Assembly: GCA_043800705.1 (NCBI GenBank)
Contig: JAZDMS010000023.1
Coordinates: forward strand, 1-64,000
Direction: 5' to 3'
Length of the DNA: 64,000 bases
Origin: Candidatus Altiarchaeota archaeon
GTDB taxonomy: Archaea; Altiarchaeota; Altiarchaeia; IMC4; SCGC-AAA252-I15
Part shown: piece after piece, positions 19,947-30,270 of the stretch
How positions within the stretch are numbered: the first letter of the stretch is position 1
Layout of the letters: the number at the start of each line of letters is the position of its first letter
Made by a program: the position numbers and the translations under genes
Notes under the pieces: generated by a model
Told to the model about the DNA's origin: nothing
Seen by the model: the letters and a program-made list of their open reading frames with translations, nothing else
Database searches by the model: none

Positions 19947-20606
19947 ATGCGCAAGTCTGTGTTGGCTGTCGCGGTCGTGTTGGTGGCTGCCGGCCTTTAC
20001 TTCGGGGGATTCCTGCCGCTGGGGTCGAATTCCCCGGAGGCCGACGCCCCTGCAGTGAAAGACGCCAACCGGCAAAACGCAGAAACCGTGGAGATCGCCA
20101 ATGACATCTCATCCTTGAGGGGCGGGGCTCCGTCATCGACGACGTCTTCAACGACAACGACGACATCAGCGGCATCCAATGGGGTGGGAAGCCGGTGCAG
20201 GACCTACAGGGACTGCGCAAGGGACCTCCTGTGCCTGGATTCCGTATGCGCGAAGGCGCCGGCCTACACGCAGTTTTTCATCAAGGTGGAGCTTCAGAGG
20301 ATGAACGGGGGCTCGCCTCCGGGCCCGAAAAACAAGCCAGTAGCAGCGAGCACATTCAAAGTGGGCGACGGAATAAACGTTGACATCACACCGAAGCCGG
20401 ATGTGACCGGCATGGCTTACTCGGACGTCAACAACGCCATAACAGGGGAGCTAGTCGTCATCTCCCAAAAAGTCAAGGTCCAGTCGGCGGGAAGCGGGCA
20501 CATCTCGTGGTATTTCGACGCTCCCCAGAAGCCGGGCAAATACGAGCTGAAGATATACTTCAACGACAACCAAACCAACATGTTCCCGTTCGATGTGTCC
20601 GGTTAG
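19947..20606 (+). CDS. Membrane-anchored protein with Ser/Thr linker, small Cys module and Ig-like domain
   Basis: N-terminal TM helix, STTSSTTTTT, CRTYRDCARDLLCLDSVC and PGKYELKIY. Confidence 0.65.
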   Translation: MRKSVLAVAVVLVAAGLYFGGFLPLGSNSPEADAPAVKDANRQNAETVEIANDISSLRGGAPSSTTSSTTTTTSAASNGVGSRCRTYRDCARDLLCLDSVCAKAPAYTQFFIKVELQRMNGGSPPGPKNKPVAASTFKVGDGINVDITPKPDVTGMAYSDVNNAITGELVVISQKVKVQSAGSGHISWYFDAPQKPGKYELKIYFNDNQTNMFPFDVSG

Positions 20607-20632
20607 GGTCAGCGAATCACACCCTCTCTTTT

Positions 20633-22302
20633 TCAGCGGCTTCCCCGTTCGCTTCCTTTCACAAGCGCCTCGACCCGTCCGAGGTTGTCGGCCTCGTCCA
20701 TCCCCTTGTCTTCGCGCACCCGGACCAGACGCGGGAACCTTAGCGCGTATCCTGAGCTGTACGTCGGGCTCTTCTGTATCTCCTCGTATGCGACCTCGAA
20801 GACGTACTGCGGCTGCAGCGCAACCTCCTTCCCGTCCTGCGACATGATGAGGGGCTTGAACAGTTCGGTCAACTCGGCCAGTTGCTCGTCTGTGAGTCCG
20901 GTCGCCATCCTCCCTATCTCGAGGAACTCCCCGCGTTCAGGGTCATACACCGACAGGAGATAGCTGCCAAGCCAGCTGGCCCTGCGCCCCTCCCCCAGGT
21001 GGCGCCTGTGACGACGAGGTCGAGTGTCTCCATGATAGGCTTAACCTTCGACATGTAGCCTACCCTGCTTCCCGCCTGGTACGGGGCATCGAGGGTCTTC
21101 ACCATGACCCCCTCGTGGCCCATGAGGAGCGACTTCTTGTAGAACTTCTCCGCCTCCTTCAGGTCGGATGTGACGAGCTTCTCCGCGAGACGGAATCTGG
21201 CCGTCTCCGTGATGGTGGCTTCAAGCGTCTTTCTGCGGTCTTTGAACGGCACATCCATCAATCCTTTGCCGTCTAGGTATAGTATGTCGAATAGGTTGAC
21301 TTCCGCGGGGATCTTTTCCTGTATCTCCTGTATGTCGTATTTGCGCTTTATCCTTCGGGACAGGTTCTGGAACGGCAGCGGCCTCCTGTCCGGCAGGCTG
21401 ATGGCCACGATCTCCCCCTCTATCATCGCGGTCTTCGCCCCGATGCTCTCCTTCGCCTCCTTCGCGATCTCGGGGAACTGCTTCGTGATGTTCTCGAGGC
21501 GGCGGGTGAACAGCGTAATATCATCGCCATCCTTGTGTATCTGCACCCTGGCGCCGTCGTATTTGACCTCCAGCTGCATCGAAGAATCCCCCAGCGCCTC
21601 CTTCAGGTCCGCAGCCTTCTGGGCGAGCATGACCTTTATCGGCCTTCCGAGCCTTATCCCGTAACCCCTGAGCCCCTCCTCGCCCTTGTGCTTCGCGGAT
21701 GCCGCGACCTGCCCCCAGTCCGGGCTGAGGTTGTACGCGTGCTCGACGAGGTCAGGGTCGACGCCGTAGGCCTTGGCGATGGCGTCCCTTATCGTCCCGT
21801 CCCCGACCCCGAGCCTCAGCTGGCCGAGGACGAGGCGGACGATATACTTCGAATCCTGCGCGGAGGCGTTGGACAACAGCTCCGTGATGCATGAGAACTT
21901 CCTGTCCTGGCTGCCTTTCCCTGTAAGTGTCGGCATCTTGTCGATGTTCTCCTTCACCTTCTCGACCGTCAGCGTCGAGGAGAACAGCGTCGTCTGCGGC
22001 TTGTTCACAAGCGCAGATTCCGCGACGAGGCCGAGGTCCCCCTTCTCCCTCAAAAGGCCCTCGATCCTGTCCTCCCTCATCCCAGACACGGACGAGAGGG
22101 CCTTGAACATCAGCTTGTCTGCGATGCCAAGCTCGAGGTTGCTCCACGGCGGGAAGGGCGTGCCGCGAAGGAAAAGTAGGACCGTTGACAGAAGTTCGTC
22201 GGGGACCTCCTTGATGAACTCGGCGACGACGTCAGTCATCTGAAGGCGGCTTGAGATGCCGTCCAACCGGCCATAAACCGAACTGAGCATTTCAAAGTCC
22301 AT
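20633..22302 (-). CDS. lig: ATP-dependent DNA ligase; apparent 1-nt deletion in the C5 run at 20992-20996
   Basis: KYDGARVQIH, EGEIV, FDILY, EGVMVK and YALRFPR motifs. Adding one G joins both ORFs into WGEGRRASWLGSYLLSVYD. Confidence 0.93.
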
Positions 22303-22394
22303 ACCGATTTGCCTACAGACAAGCCCTGCCTGCGGATTCCCTAACCACTATTTTATTACCCGGATAAATAGTAACCAGACCATTAGAACAAAAA

Positions 22395-23804
22395 ATGCAG
22401 CTAATTAAACCGGGGGCGGGCAGGCGGGTGGAGGACTCGTATCCCCTGGATTTGATTGATGCAACCAAGATAAAGGCCGTTTTCTATATTCCCTTCGGTT
22501 GGAGCCCTGAAAGCAGGCTGGGGGACTATGTCATACAACAACCGATAGTTGAAGGCCTGAGGAGGAGGTTCCCGGAGGCCACGATAACCGTAGTAACCGG
22601 CTCAAAGCTGCCTTTCACCCGAATGGATTCTGTCATCGCAGAAACAGGCATATCTGACGTGGGGGAGAAGATGAAGGCCTGTGGGGCTGGCACCCTGGTC
22701 GTTGGCAGGTTCGAGGAGGGCGGCACCCTACAAGGAATGCTGGAAAGGGGCGGGCAGGCACTACTCCTGGGAATGAAAGGCCTGACCTTGTTCCCCCCCA
22801 AATCAATCAGTGGAACTGTAACCTTCCCCTATGCAATTTCAAGGCTTATTGAACGGGAGAGGACGGATTCATCCATTGAGATGCCGTCGATGCCTCTTTT
22901 GGCCAGGGCCTTTATGCGCGACGCCGGGCTACAAACACCTAAGGCACCCTCACTCTCCTGCGAGCCCAGTCTTGTGTCTTTATGGGAGTGCTGGGTTCGG
23001 GAAAAAACCGCTTCACCTCGGGGAGACGGATTGAGGGTATTCTACAACAACCTCCAAAGCTCGGAAAATCTATACTGTATACGGGGAGAGGAGTCGTCAA
23101 AGCTGGCAGCCAACATTTCAAATAGCTCCCAGGTGATATTCAATCCGGGATTTGATGCGGCGTCATGTAAAGAGAGTTCCAGGCTAGTGGACGAGACGAG
23201 GAGATTGGGCGGAAATGATTCTCACCTTCACATTCCCGGCGGTGCGATATCCCAAGACGATCTTGCAGCCCTTATGTGGTGCTGCGACCTGGTTGTCACG
23301 ACAAACACAGGCACGATGCATGCGGCGTCCGCCCTGAACAGGCCGCTGGTGTTGAGCTACTTCATCACAGGGGGGTCGATGAGGCAGTGGATTCCCGAGA
23401 ACATGACCTGCTTCGCAACGGAGCAGAATCCGCGGAAGATAATCGAAGGATATCGGGCCCTAAGCCTCCTTTCCACCGGACGAGGCGGCGAAATATTCAA
23501 TGATGCAGCCAAAGCTGCCAGCGACGCCAAAGAATATCTGGGGATTTTCAAAGGTCTTGACCCGATAGCAAACCTATTCCCGGAGATTGACCTTGGGCGG
23601 GCTGACGGGCTGTTTGGGGAATTGGTACACAACGTGGGGCCGCAGTACAGGGGATTCTTCGAGGTTTCCGGCTTTCCCAGGAGGAAAAACGCGGTCCCTG
23701 CATGGCATCCATATACGCAGCACCCCCTATACAGGTACATTGAACTGCTTGCTGATAACGCCGGGGCCTTGATACCTCAGGACAGGATACCTCACTTGAA
23801 GTAG
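22395..23804 (+). CDS. Glycosyltransferase family 9-like protein, paralog of 4128-5537
   Basis: RLGDYVIQQP...LRRRFPEATITVV and CDLVVTTNTGTMHAASALNRP. Confidence 0.72.
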   Translation: MQLIKPGAGRRVEDSYPLDLIDATKIKAVFYIPFGWSPESRLGDYVIQQPIVEGLRRRFPEATITVVTGSKLPFTRMDSVIAETGISDVGEKMKACGAGTLVVGRFEEGGTLQGMLERGGQALLLGMKGLTLFPPKSISGTVTFPYAISRLIERERTDSSIEMPSMPLLARAFMRDAGLQTPKAPSLSCEPSLVSLWECWVREKTASPRGDGLRVFYNNLQSSENLYCIRGEESSKLAANISNSSQVIFNPGFDAASCKESSRLVDETRRLGGNDSHLHIPGGAISQDDLAALMWCCDLVVTTNTGTMHAASALNRPLVLSYFITGGSMRQWIPENMTCFATEQNPRKIIEGYRALSLLSTGRGGEIFNDAAKAASDAKEYLGIFKGLDPIANLFPEIDLGRADGLFGELVHNVGPQYRGFFEVSGFPRRKNAVPAWHPYTQHPLYRYIELLADNAGALIPQDRIPHLK

Positions 23805-23808
23805 GGAA

Positions 23809-24681
23809 TTAAAGCCCATGTAGCCCAGCCTCGGAGATGATAGTTTTCACGTGTTCTTCCAATCCCAGCGCCATGATGTGTACGCCGCTCGCATGCGGCC
23901 TTATCTCACGTATTATCCTCACTGCCTGGTCAAGGCCTGCCTTGCACGGGTCCTTGGCCTTCGCTATCTCTGCGATGACGTCGGCCGGTATCGACACCCC
24001 CGGCATCTTCGTGCTCATGAAATCCGCCATCTTCTCCGACTTGAGGGGTATGATGCCTGCCAGGACCTTAGCTTCCTTGGGCAGCTGCGACATGAAGGCC
24101 TTGAACATGTCGACGTCGTATACGACCTGGGTCTGGAAGAACATGGCCCCCGCCGCTATCTTCCTTCGCGCCTTGATGAGCTCCACCTCCTGGTCATGGG
24201 CGCAGGGGTTGACCGCGGCGCCGGCGAAGAAATCGCAGTTTTCGTCCAGTCTCCCACCTGACATGTCTCTTCCCTGGTTCAATCCTCCGATGGTCTCTAT
24301 GAGCCTGACTGAGTCGAGGTCGTAGACCGGCTTCGCGTCGGGGTGGTCTCCGATGGCGGGGTGGTCGCCGCTTATGATAAGAACGTTCCTCAGGCCGAGC
24401 ATGTGGGCTCCGAGGAGGTCCGATTGGAGCGCTATCCTGTTGCGGTCCCTGCAGGTAAGCTGGTATATGGGTTCCCCTCCCCATTCAATGAGCAGCCTCG
24501 AGACCGCGAGCGACGAGGCCTTTACGCTGCTTCTCTGGTTGTCTGTGACGTTGATGGCGTCCACGACGCCTATAAGGTGCTTAGCCACCTCCCTTATCCT
24601 CCCGGGGTTGACTCCCTTGTGCGGCGTTATCTCTCCTGTGACCGCGAACTCCCCCCTCATCAGCTTGTCGCTGAAATTCAT
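23809..24681 (-). CDS. metF: Methylenetetrahydrofolate reductase
   Basis: AINVTDN, QLTCRDRNRIALQSDL, SGD and FFQTQ motifs; ATGA overlap at 24678-24681. Confidence 0.93.
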   Translation of the reverse strand: MNFSDKLMRGEFAVTGEITPHKGVNPGRIREVAKHLIGVVDAINVTDNQRSSVKASSLAVSRLLIEWGGEPIYQLTCRDRNRIALQSDLLGAHMLGLRNVLIISGDHPAIGDHPDAKPVYDLDSVRLIETIGGLNQGRDMSGGRLDENCDFFAGAAVNPCAHDQEVELIKARRKIAAGAMFFQTQVVYDVDMFKAFMSQLPKEAKVLAGIIPLKSEKMADFMSTKMPGVSIPADVIAEIAKAKDPCKAGLDQAVRIIREIRPHASGVHIMALGLEEHVKTIISEAGLHGL

Positions 24682-25262
24682 CCTCTCCTCTTGCCGAGTT
24701 CCTCGAGCCTGCCGGCCTTCCTCATCCTCTCCGCCACGAGAGCCCAGGCGCAGTCCCTTTCGCCTCCGACCTCGCACTTGCCGTCGTGGCTGCCGCCGCA
24801 CGGGCCGTTAAGGAGGCCCTTCGCGCAGCGGGTCTTCACGCAGATGCCAATGGTGTCCGAAATTGTGCAGTCCCCGCACATGCCGCACCTTTCGACGTAG
24901 TCCCCGTGCCTTCTGACGACGCCGAGGAACATGGTGTCGTTCGACGTGACAACCGGCTTGTCCGTGAGGTCAGACAGGGCGCTCGCACCGCTTCCGCAAG
25001 CCATCGAAAGGACCGCATCGTAGCCGTCGAGCCTTCGAAGCTCGAGCCTGGAGAGGCGAAGGTCGCACTGAGCCTCGACGAGCCCTGAATACGGGACCTT
25101 ATGGCCGTCGGATTCCAGGAGCTTCACAATCTCGGCAACTTCCTTCTCCCCCCCGGTCTCGCACGTGGTCGCGCAACGGCCGCAACCTATGACTGCGACG
25201 TTCTTTCGGCCTTCCAAGGCCTTTTTGACCTCTTCGTAAGGCTTTTTCTTTGTTATTATCAT
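24678..25262 (-). CDS. metV: MetV-type Fe-S subunit (MTHFR C-terminal domain protein)
   Basis: GCGRCATTCETGG, ACGSG, CGMCGDC and CAKGLLNGPCGG...CEV...CAW. Confidence 0.88.
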   Translation of the reverse strand: MIITKKKPYEEVKKALEGRKNVAVIGCGRCATTCETGGEKEVAEIVKLLESDGHKVPYSGLVEAQCDLRLSRLELRRLDGYDAVLSMACGSGASALSDLTDKPVVTSNDTMFLGVVRRHGDYVERCGMCGDCTISDTIGICVKTRCAKGLLNGPCGGSHDGKCEVGGERDCAWALVAERMRKAGRLEELGKRRG

Positions 25263-25333
25263 CCTGTCGAGACTACCTAGGGAAAGGATTATAAAAACGT
25301 GACTGTTTAGTTACAGTCTCCCTAGTATCTTCC

Positions 25334-25744
25334 ATGAATGTCGTGGTCGAGACGCCGAAGGGGAGTTTCAGGAAATACCGGAAAAAGGGCGTGAAGTATG
25401 TGACGGACCTCACATCACCGATGCCTACCCTGTTCAATTACGGCTTCATCGAGGGGACGCTGGCTGCGGATGGGATGCCCCAGGATGCGATCATACTGGG
25501 GGGCAGGATAGCCCAGGGCTCTAAGCTGGATGTCGTGTGGGCCGGGACCGTCCGCTTCGTCGACGACGGAGTCGCCGACGACAAGGCCGTCACATCAACT
25601 GACGGGAGGATAAGGCTCGTCGACAGGCTGATGATTCATCTGTTCTTCAGCGCATACACGGCGTACAAGATAGTCCGCTATCTCGTCAGGGAGCGCAGGC
25701 TCGCCAGGTGCAGGTATCTGGGATTCAGTCTCTGTCGGAAGTGA
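25334..25744 (+). CDS. Short family I inorganic pyrophosphatase-like protein
   Basis: VETPKGS..KY, NYGFIEGTLAADGMPQD and DDK motifs. Confidence 0.75.
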   Translation: MNVVVETPKGSFRKYRKKGVKYVTDLTSPMPTLFNYGFIEGTLAADGMPQDAIILGGRIAQGSKLDVVWAGTVRFVDDGVADDKAVTSTDGRIRLVDRLMIHLFFSAYTAYKIVRYLVRERRLARCRYLGFSLCRK

Positions 25745-27539
25745 TCGGCTCCTCGCGTTCCTCTGAAGGTGGCTCATCGAAGAGGCTGTCGATCTTCTTC
25801 TTCGATGCCGACTCGTCGTCTTGGGCGGTCTGGGGTTTCTCGTTGGTTCGCGCAGGCTCTTTGGGCTTCGCCTCCTTCTTCGGCTTCTCCCTCGGTTTCG
25901 AATCATCCGGTTCGACGAATATCGCGGATATCTTCTGGGTCAGGGTCTTGTTTCCTTCGGGCTCAATGAAGAGGCCTTTGAGGGACCCCCATAGGCCGCC
26001 AGAGGCGGGGGTTTTAGCCTCTTTCTCCCCCCTCTTCTCATCCAGACTCTTGAGCTCCTCCATCCTCTCCCTCACCTTCTTCGGGAGCTTCTCCGGCGGC
26101 GGCTTCGGCGGCTGCTGAACCTTCCCGGCTTCGTCGTATTTCGGTTTCGCCCCGTGCTTGGTCTCCCTTGTCCTTATGCCGACCGTTATCGGCTGCTTCA
26201 GCGCCTCGCTGACGACGAGGGCGTGCCCGACGTTCAATTGCTGTATCTCCTCCTCCATCCCCGCAGTGAAACCCTCTATGCTGTGGCGGATGGCCTGCAG
26301 GTCGTTCGGGTTCGTGACCTTTAGTATTATCTGCGTCGTGCACTGGGACAGGACGTTCTTGTCGATCCTCGCCGGCCGCTGGCTGACGACGCAGAGATGG
26401 AAGCCGAACTTCCTCCCCTCGCCCGCGACCGTCCTCAGGATGGTGGAGCTCATGACGTCGCCGAAGCCCCTTTCCGGGCAGAAGTTGTGCGCCTCCTCGA
26501 CGAGGTAGAACACCTCCGGGATCTTGCCGAGGGTCCTCATGTGGAAGAGCTCCTTCGTGAGCCTGGCGACGACGAGCTGCTGTATCCTCGGCTCCGTCCC
26601 CTTGAGGTTGATGATGCTGCAGCGGCGGTCGGCTACGAGCTCCGAGTACGGTGTCGGGTGGCCGTCGAAGACGCCGGACTTCTTCAGTTCGCTAAGTCCG
26701 TCGAGGACCTTCCACTTGTACTTCGTCGACTCCTCCTCGATCTTGTCCATGAGGTCCTGAAGCGTGTATTCTTCGCTGTAGTCGTGTATGGTCTCCTGCA
26801 GCTTCGTGTAGAGGACGCTCTTCTCCTTCTCCGTGAGCGTGATGGGCATGAGGTCCAGGAGCTCCTCCATGGAGAATCCGGCGTGCAGCGAGAACCTCCT
26901 AGCGCTCGGGTTGACGGTGGCGTCGGTTGTGTACTCCACCACCTGGTCCGCGTAGTTCCTTACCTGGACGCTGTATTTGAGCATGCCGTCGTATTCGTCG
27001 TTGTCGACGCACAGGCTCGAATATTCGCCGTGCGGGTCGATGACGACGACGGGGACGTCGTTTTTCAGAAGCTCCTCGAGGATGACGGCGACTGCGTAGC
27101 TCTTGCCGGCCCCGGTCTTCGCCAATACGCTGATGTGTTTGCCGATGGTCTTCTTCACATCCAGGTACACCGGTATGTCGGAGGCCTCCAGTAGGCCGAG
27201 GTAGATGCTGTTCTCCCTCCTGTGGCCGAGGCTCAATACGTCGCTTATGATCTTCTTGTCCGCAAGAAATACCTTCTCCGCGGGGTTGAAGGGCGTCCTC
27301 GGCGATAGGACCTCGCCGCCTTCGTAGTAGCCGACCGTATATGCGTGGGCCTGGGTTTCGTTCTCGTCGAAGTCGTCGAGGTACGTCTTCAGGGAATCGA
27401 TCTTGGCGAGTACGAACCCGTGTACGGGGTGCTTTACCTTGATGAACGTCCCCCACCCGACGGTCCTGTCGGTGAGCTTGAGGTCGAACTCCGAAGGCCG
27501 CACGCTCCCCGTAAGATATCCAACCTCCTTGTCGGGCAT
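25725..27539 (-). CDS. HerA/DUF87 family ATPase with charged C-terminal tail
   Basis: N-terminal HAS-barrel-like region; AKTGAGKS Walker A; IDPHGEY, EEAHNF, EGRKFG and SQRP motifs. Confidence 0.9.
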   Translation of the reverse strand: MPDKEVGYLTGSVRPSEFDLKLTDRTVGWGTFIKVKHPVHGFVLAKIDSLKTYLDDFDENETQAHAYTVGYYEGGEVLSPRTPFNPAEKVFLADKKIISDVLSLGHRRENSIYLGLLEASDIPVYLDVKKTIGKHISVLAKTGAGKSYAVAVILEELLKNDVPVVVIDPHGEYSSLCVDNDEYDGMLKYSVQVRNYADQVVEYTTDATVNPSARRFSLHAGFSMEELLDLMPITLTEKEKSVLYTKLQETIHDYSEEYTLQDLMDKIEEESTKYKWKVLDGLSELKKSGVFDGHPTPYSELVADRRCSIINLKGTEPRIQQLVVARLTKELFHMRTLGKIPEVFYLVEEAHNFCPERGFGDVMSSTILRTVAGEGRKFGFHLCVVSQRPARIDKNVLSQCTTQIILKVTNPNDLQAIRHSIEGFTAGMEEEIQQLNVGHALVVSEALKQPITVGIRTRETKHGAKPKYDEAGKVQQPPKPPPEKLPKKVRERMEELKSLDEKRGEKEAKTPASGGLWGSLKGLFIEPEGNKTLTQKISAIFVEPDDSKPREKPKKEAKPKEPARTNEKPQTAQDDESASKKKIDSLFDEPPSEEREEPITSDRD

Positions 27540-27576
27540 TAATAAGTATTAGGATGTCGGTAATATAGGCGCAGGA

Positions 27577-28857
27577 CTACTCTGATTCTTCGATGCATCT
27601 TTTCTTCCAGTAATCGGTTTTAATCCTCCCACATAAGGAACTGTCCTTCATTTCCTTGGCCACGTCTCTATAACACTGGTCCCTATCGGAACCTTCGAGG
27701 TCCAAGCATAGCGACGGATTTTTTGTCTTCTCCGCCACAGACCTGATGCACATCGCCTGCACCTCCTTGGGAATTTCATAGCATTCGGATGCTGATGTCA
27801 GGGCGATATTTTTGAAACTGTACGACTTCCTGTCATCCGAGATGCTGTAGTGATACCTGTCGTTCTGGATCATGATCCTCTCGCCCACGGCGCCATTCAC
27901 GGCTGCCTCCATCCCCTTGCCAAGGCCGTTGGCGGCATCATCCCCGAAACCCGGATCGCCCCCGAATAAATCGGTGTTCGGCTTCTCGGGCGGGATCGCG
28001 AAGGCGAAGACCGCGCCCAGTACCATACCGACTATCAATGAGACGATCCAGAAGACTATCAAAACTGCGACAAACCTTCCGAGACCCGCCTTATATGTCG
28101 TCTTTATCGCATAAACGTAGATCAGGAGATTCACAAATGATTGTATGATGAGGGCGGCGGAGCCAGCCAACAATATCTGCAAGAAGGAGGAGCCCAGCTC
28201 TTCAAAGCTCTGGGCGCCTCCGACAGAAGACCTGAAATACATGGTAAAGGCTTCGGTGATGACGAGGTTTGAGGCGAATACCAGCGCCCCAGTTTTTGCG
28301 GTGTAGGCCGCCGCGGCGCCGCGGGATGCTTGCTCTCTAAGAAGCAGGACGGATGCGGCGTATATTCCAACATAGGTTGAAGCCAGCAGGATGACGGATG
28401 TTGTCAGTTTCGAAACGGCGCCTGCTGTCGAAGCTGAAAAGAAGCCGTATGCGAGCGAGCCAAAAAGGACGAATGCGAGGGCAAAAGCCACCCAGTGTGG
28501 CAATTTGCCGCCTCCGGCTGCGGATGATTGGGGCGTCGTGCCATACTTCTTCAAGAGGAGGTCCTTATATGTGATGTCGTCCATTGATGTAAGCCTTTCC
28601 TTAAGCGCGCCCAATCTCCTGATCTTTTCCTGATTCCCCGGGTCCGCTGCATCAAGGTCGATGGGATTGTTCAGCGCTGCGATTTTCGAGTCTATTTCGG
28701 CCAAGTTCTCGGATTTGATTTCAGAAAGCGCATGCGCAAGGTGCCTCCGGCAGTGCTCCACATCATCCTCTGACAGGCTCCCCTCGGCCTTCTTCTTGTC
28801 AAAAATGTCGTTCAGGTCGAGTAATTTTCTTACCTTGTCGGCCTGCCAGTCTGTCAT
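27577..28857 (-). CDS. Membrane protein with C-terminal Cys-rich repeats
   Basis: About 5 TM helices, then repeats CYEI..QAMCIRSVA / LCLDL..RDQCYRDVA / LCGRI..KKRC. Confidence 0.7.
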   Translation of the reverse strand: MTDWQADKVRKLLDLNDIFDKKKAEGSLSEDDVEHCRRHLAHALSEIKSENLAEIDSKIAALNNPIDLDAADPGNQEKIRRLGALKERLTSMDDITYKDLLLKKYGTTPQSSAAGGGKLPHWVAFALAFVLFGSLAYGFFSASTAGAVSKLTTSVILLASTYVGIYAASVLLLREQASRGAAAAYTAKTGALVFASNLVITEAFTMYFRSSVGGAQSFEELGSSFLQILLAGSAALIIQSFVNLLIYVYAIKTTYKAGLGRFVAVLIVFWIVSLIVGMVLGAVFAFAIPPEKPNTDLFGGDPGFGDDAANGLGKGMEAAVNGAVGERIMIQNDRYHYSISDDRKSYSFKNIALTSASECYEIPKEVQAMCIRSVAEKTKNPSLCLDLEGSDRDQCYRDVAKEMKDSSLCGRIKTDYWKKRCIEESE

Positions 28858-28909
28858 CTGTTATCAATTGCATGGGAAGATTTATAAAAGATGGTCAGTA
28901 GACCCTCGT

Positions 28910-29470
28910 CTAAGGTTCCAACCGTTTTCCGATATAATCTTTTTCCTTGATGTCTATCTCATCGATTAGGATGTGCTGTTCTTTTCCCGTGTATTTGAAG
29001 GGTACGTCCCTGCCTTGGTACTGAAACTGGTGTTTGATTATCGTCATTCCCGTGCCTTTTAATTCTATCAGAGGATACTTATATTCGCCGGCGAGTTTGA
29101 CTATCTCCGCGATTTTGTTCCTAACATTTTCGTCCTCAGACATGAACGCGTAATACTCGGTGTTTTTCTCCGACTCGATCGCGCCAGCGGATTTGCATTT
29201 GAGGAAGCTCCCATACCTCTCCTCGAGCTCTTTAACGCTCTGCAGGGGGATCATGGCGAATGTGGCCTCGTAATGCAATTCTTCGAACGACCCGCCCCCG
29301 ACGACGAGATATTGGCCTACTATGGGCTTCCCGCTTAGCATCGTCACCGTGTGATCATTCCTCTGGTAAACGACGGCATCGCCGTCCCTTGTCACCTTGG
29401 TTTTGGATTCTTCCGTTCCCATGCAACCCATCAAGATGACCAATGCGATCAAAGCAGCGTATATCCTCAT
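28910..29470 (-). CDS. Putative lipoprotein
   Basis: MRIYAALIALVILMGC signal with lipobox-like Cys. Confidence 0.65.
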   Translation of the reverse strand: MRIYAALIALVILMGCMGTEESKTKVTRDGDAVVYQRNDHTVTMLSGKPIVGQYLVVGGGSFEELHYEATFAMIPLQSVKELEERYGSFLKCKSAGAIESEKNTEYYAFMSEDENVRNKIAEIVKLAGEYKYPLIELKGTGMTIIKHQFQYQGRDVPFKYTGKEQHILIDEIDIKEKDYIGKRLEP

Positions 29471-29551
29471 CTAAATGAGAATTAATCGCAGGCCTATTTA
29501 AGGACTCAAGAACTCGCCTTAAATTATCAGCTGCGTTAAATAAGGAATGAC

Positions 29552-30253
29552 ATGAGCGACACATTCAGTGTAGTCCTCGTCGAGCCGCGCTACGACGGTA
29601 ACGTAGGCAGCGTCGCGAGGGCGATGAAGAACTTCGGCTTCAGCGACCTGGTCATAGTCAACGGGCCCCAGATAGGGCCGGAGGGCCGCAAGAATGCGAT
29701 GCATGCCCTGGACATAGTGCAATCGGCCCTGAGGTTGAAGAGCTTCGACGAGGTCGTGGACCGCTTCGACCTCCTGGTCGGGACGTCTGCGAAGACCGGC
29801 GGAGACGCCAACCACCTGCGGACCCCCGTATTCCCCGAGGAGCTGGTGAAGGCCGCCAACCTGAAAGGGAAAGTCGCCCTGGTCTTCGGCCGCGAAGACT
29901 ACGGCCTGTTGAACGAGGAAATAGACAAGTGCGACATCCTCGTGACGATCCCTGCAAACCCGGAATACCCGACACTGAACATCGCACAGTCCAGCTGCAT
30001 ACTCCTGTACGAGCTCAGCAGGGTGCAAAACAGGCTGAATGCGCCAGGAAAGAAATACACCATGATGGGGAAGACCGAGAAGGAGGTGCTATTGAGGTTC
30101 TTCGACCAGCTTATAGACTTGGCATACGACCTGGAGTTCGAAAACCGCCTGGCGAAGAAGACATTCCGCAGCATCGTCGGGCGCGCATTCATTTCCGGGA
30201 GGGAGGCGAAGACGATGACCGGCGTGTTCAGGCACATTAAGGATAAGAAGTGA
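29552..30253 (+). CDS. TrmJ/LasT-type SPOUT RNA methyltransferase
   Basis: GNVGSVARAMKNFG, FGREDYGL and YPTLNIAQ motifs. Confidence 0.92.
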   Translation: MSDTFSVVLVEPRYDGNVGSVARAMKNFGFSDLVIVNGPQIGPEGRKNAMHALDIVQSALRLKSFDEVVDRFDLLVGTSAKTGGDANHLRTPVFPEELVKAANLKGKVALVFGREDYGLLNEEIDKCDILVTIPANPEYPTLNIAQSSCILLYELSRVQNRLNAPGKKYTMMGKTEKEVLLRFFDQLIDLAYDLEFENRLAKKTFRSIVGRAFISGREAKTMTGVFRHIKDKK

Positions 30254-30270
30254 ACGGCGAATCCGCCGAG

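Noticed and set aside
20633-22302. DNA ligase pseudogene
   Set aside because: A single homopolymer indel with all motifs intact in an essential gene; sequencing error is more likely.
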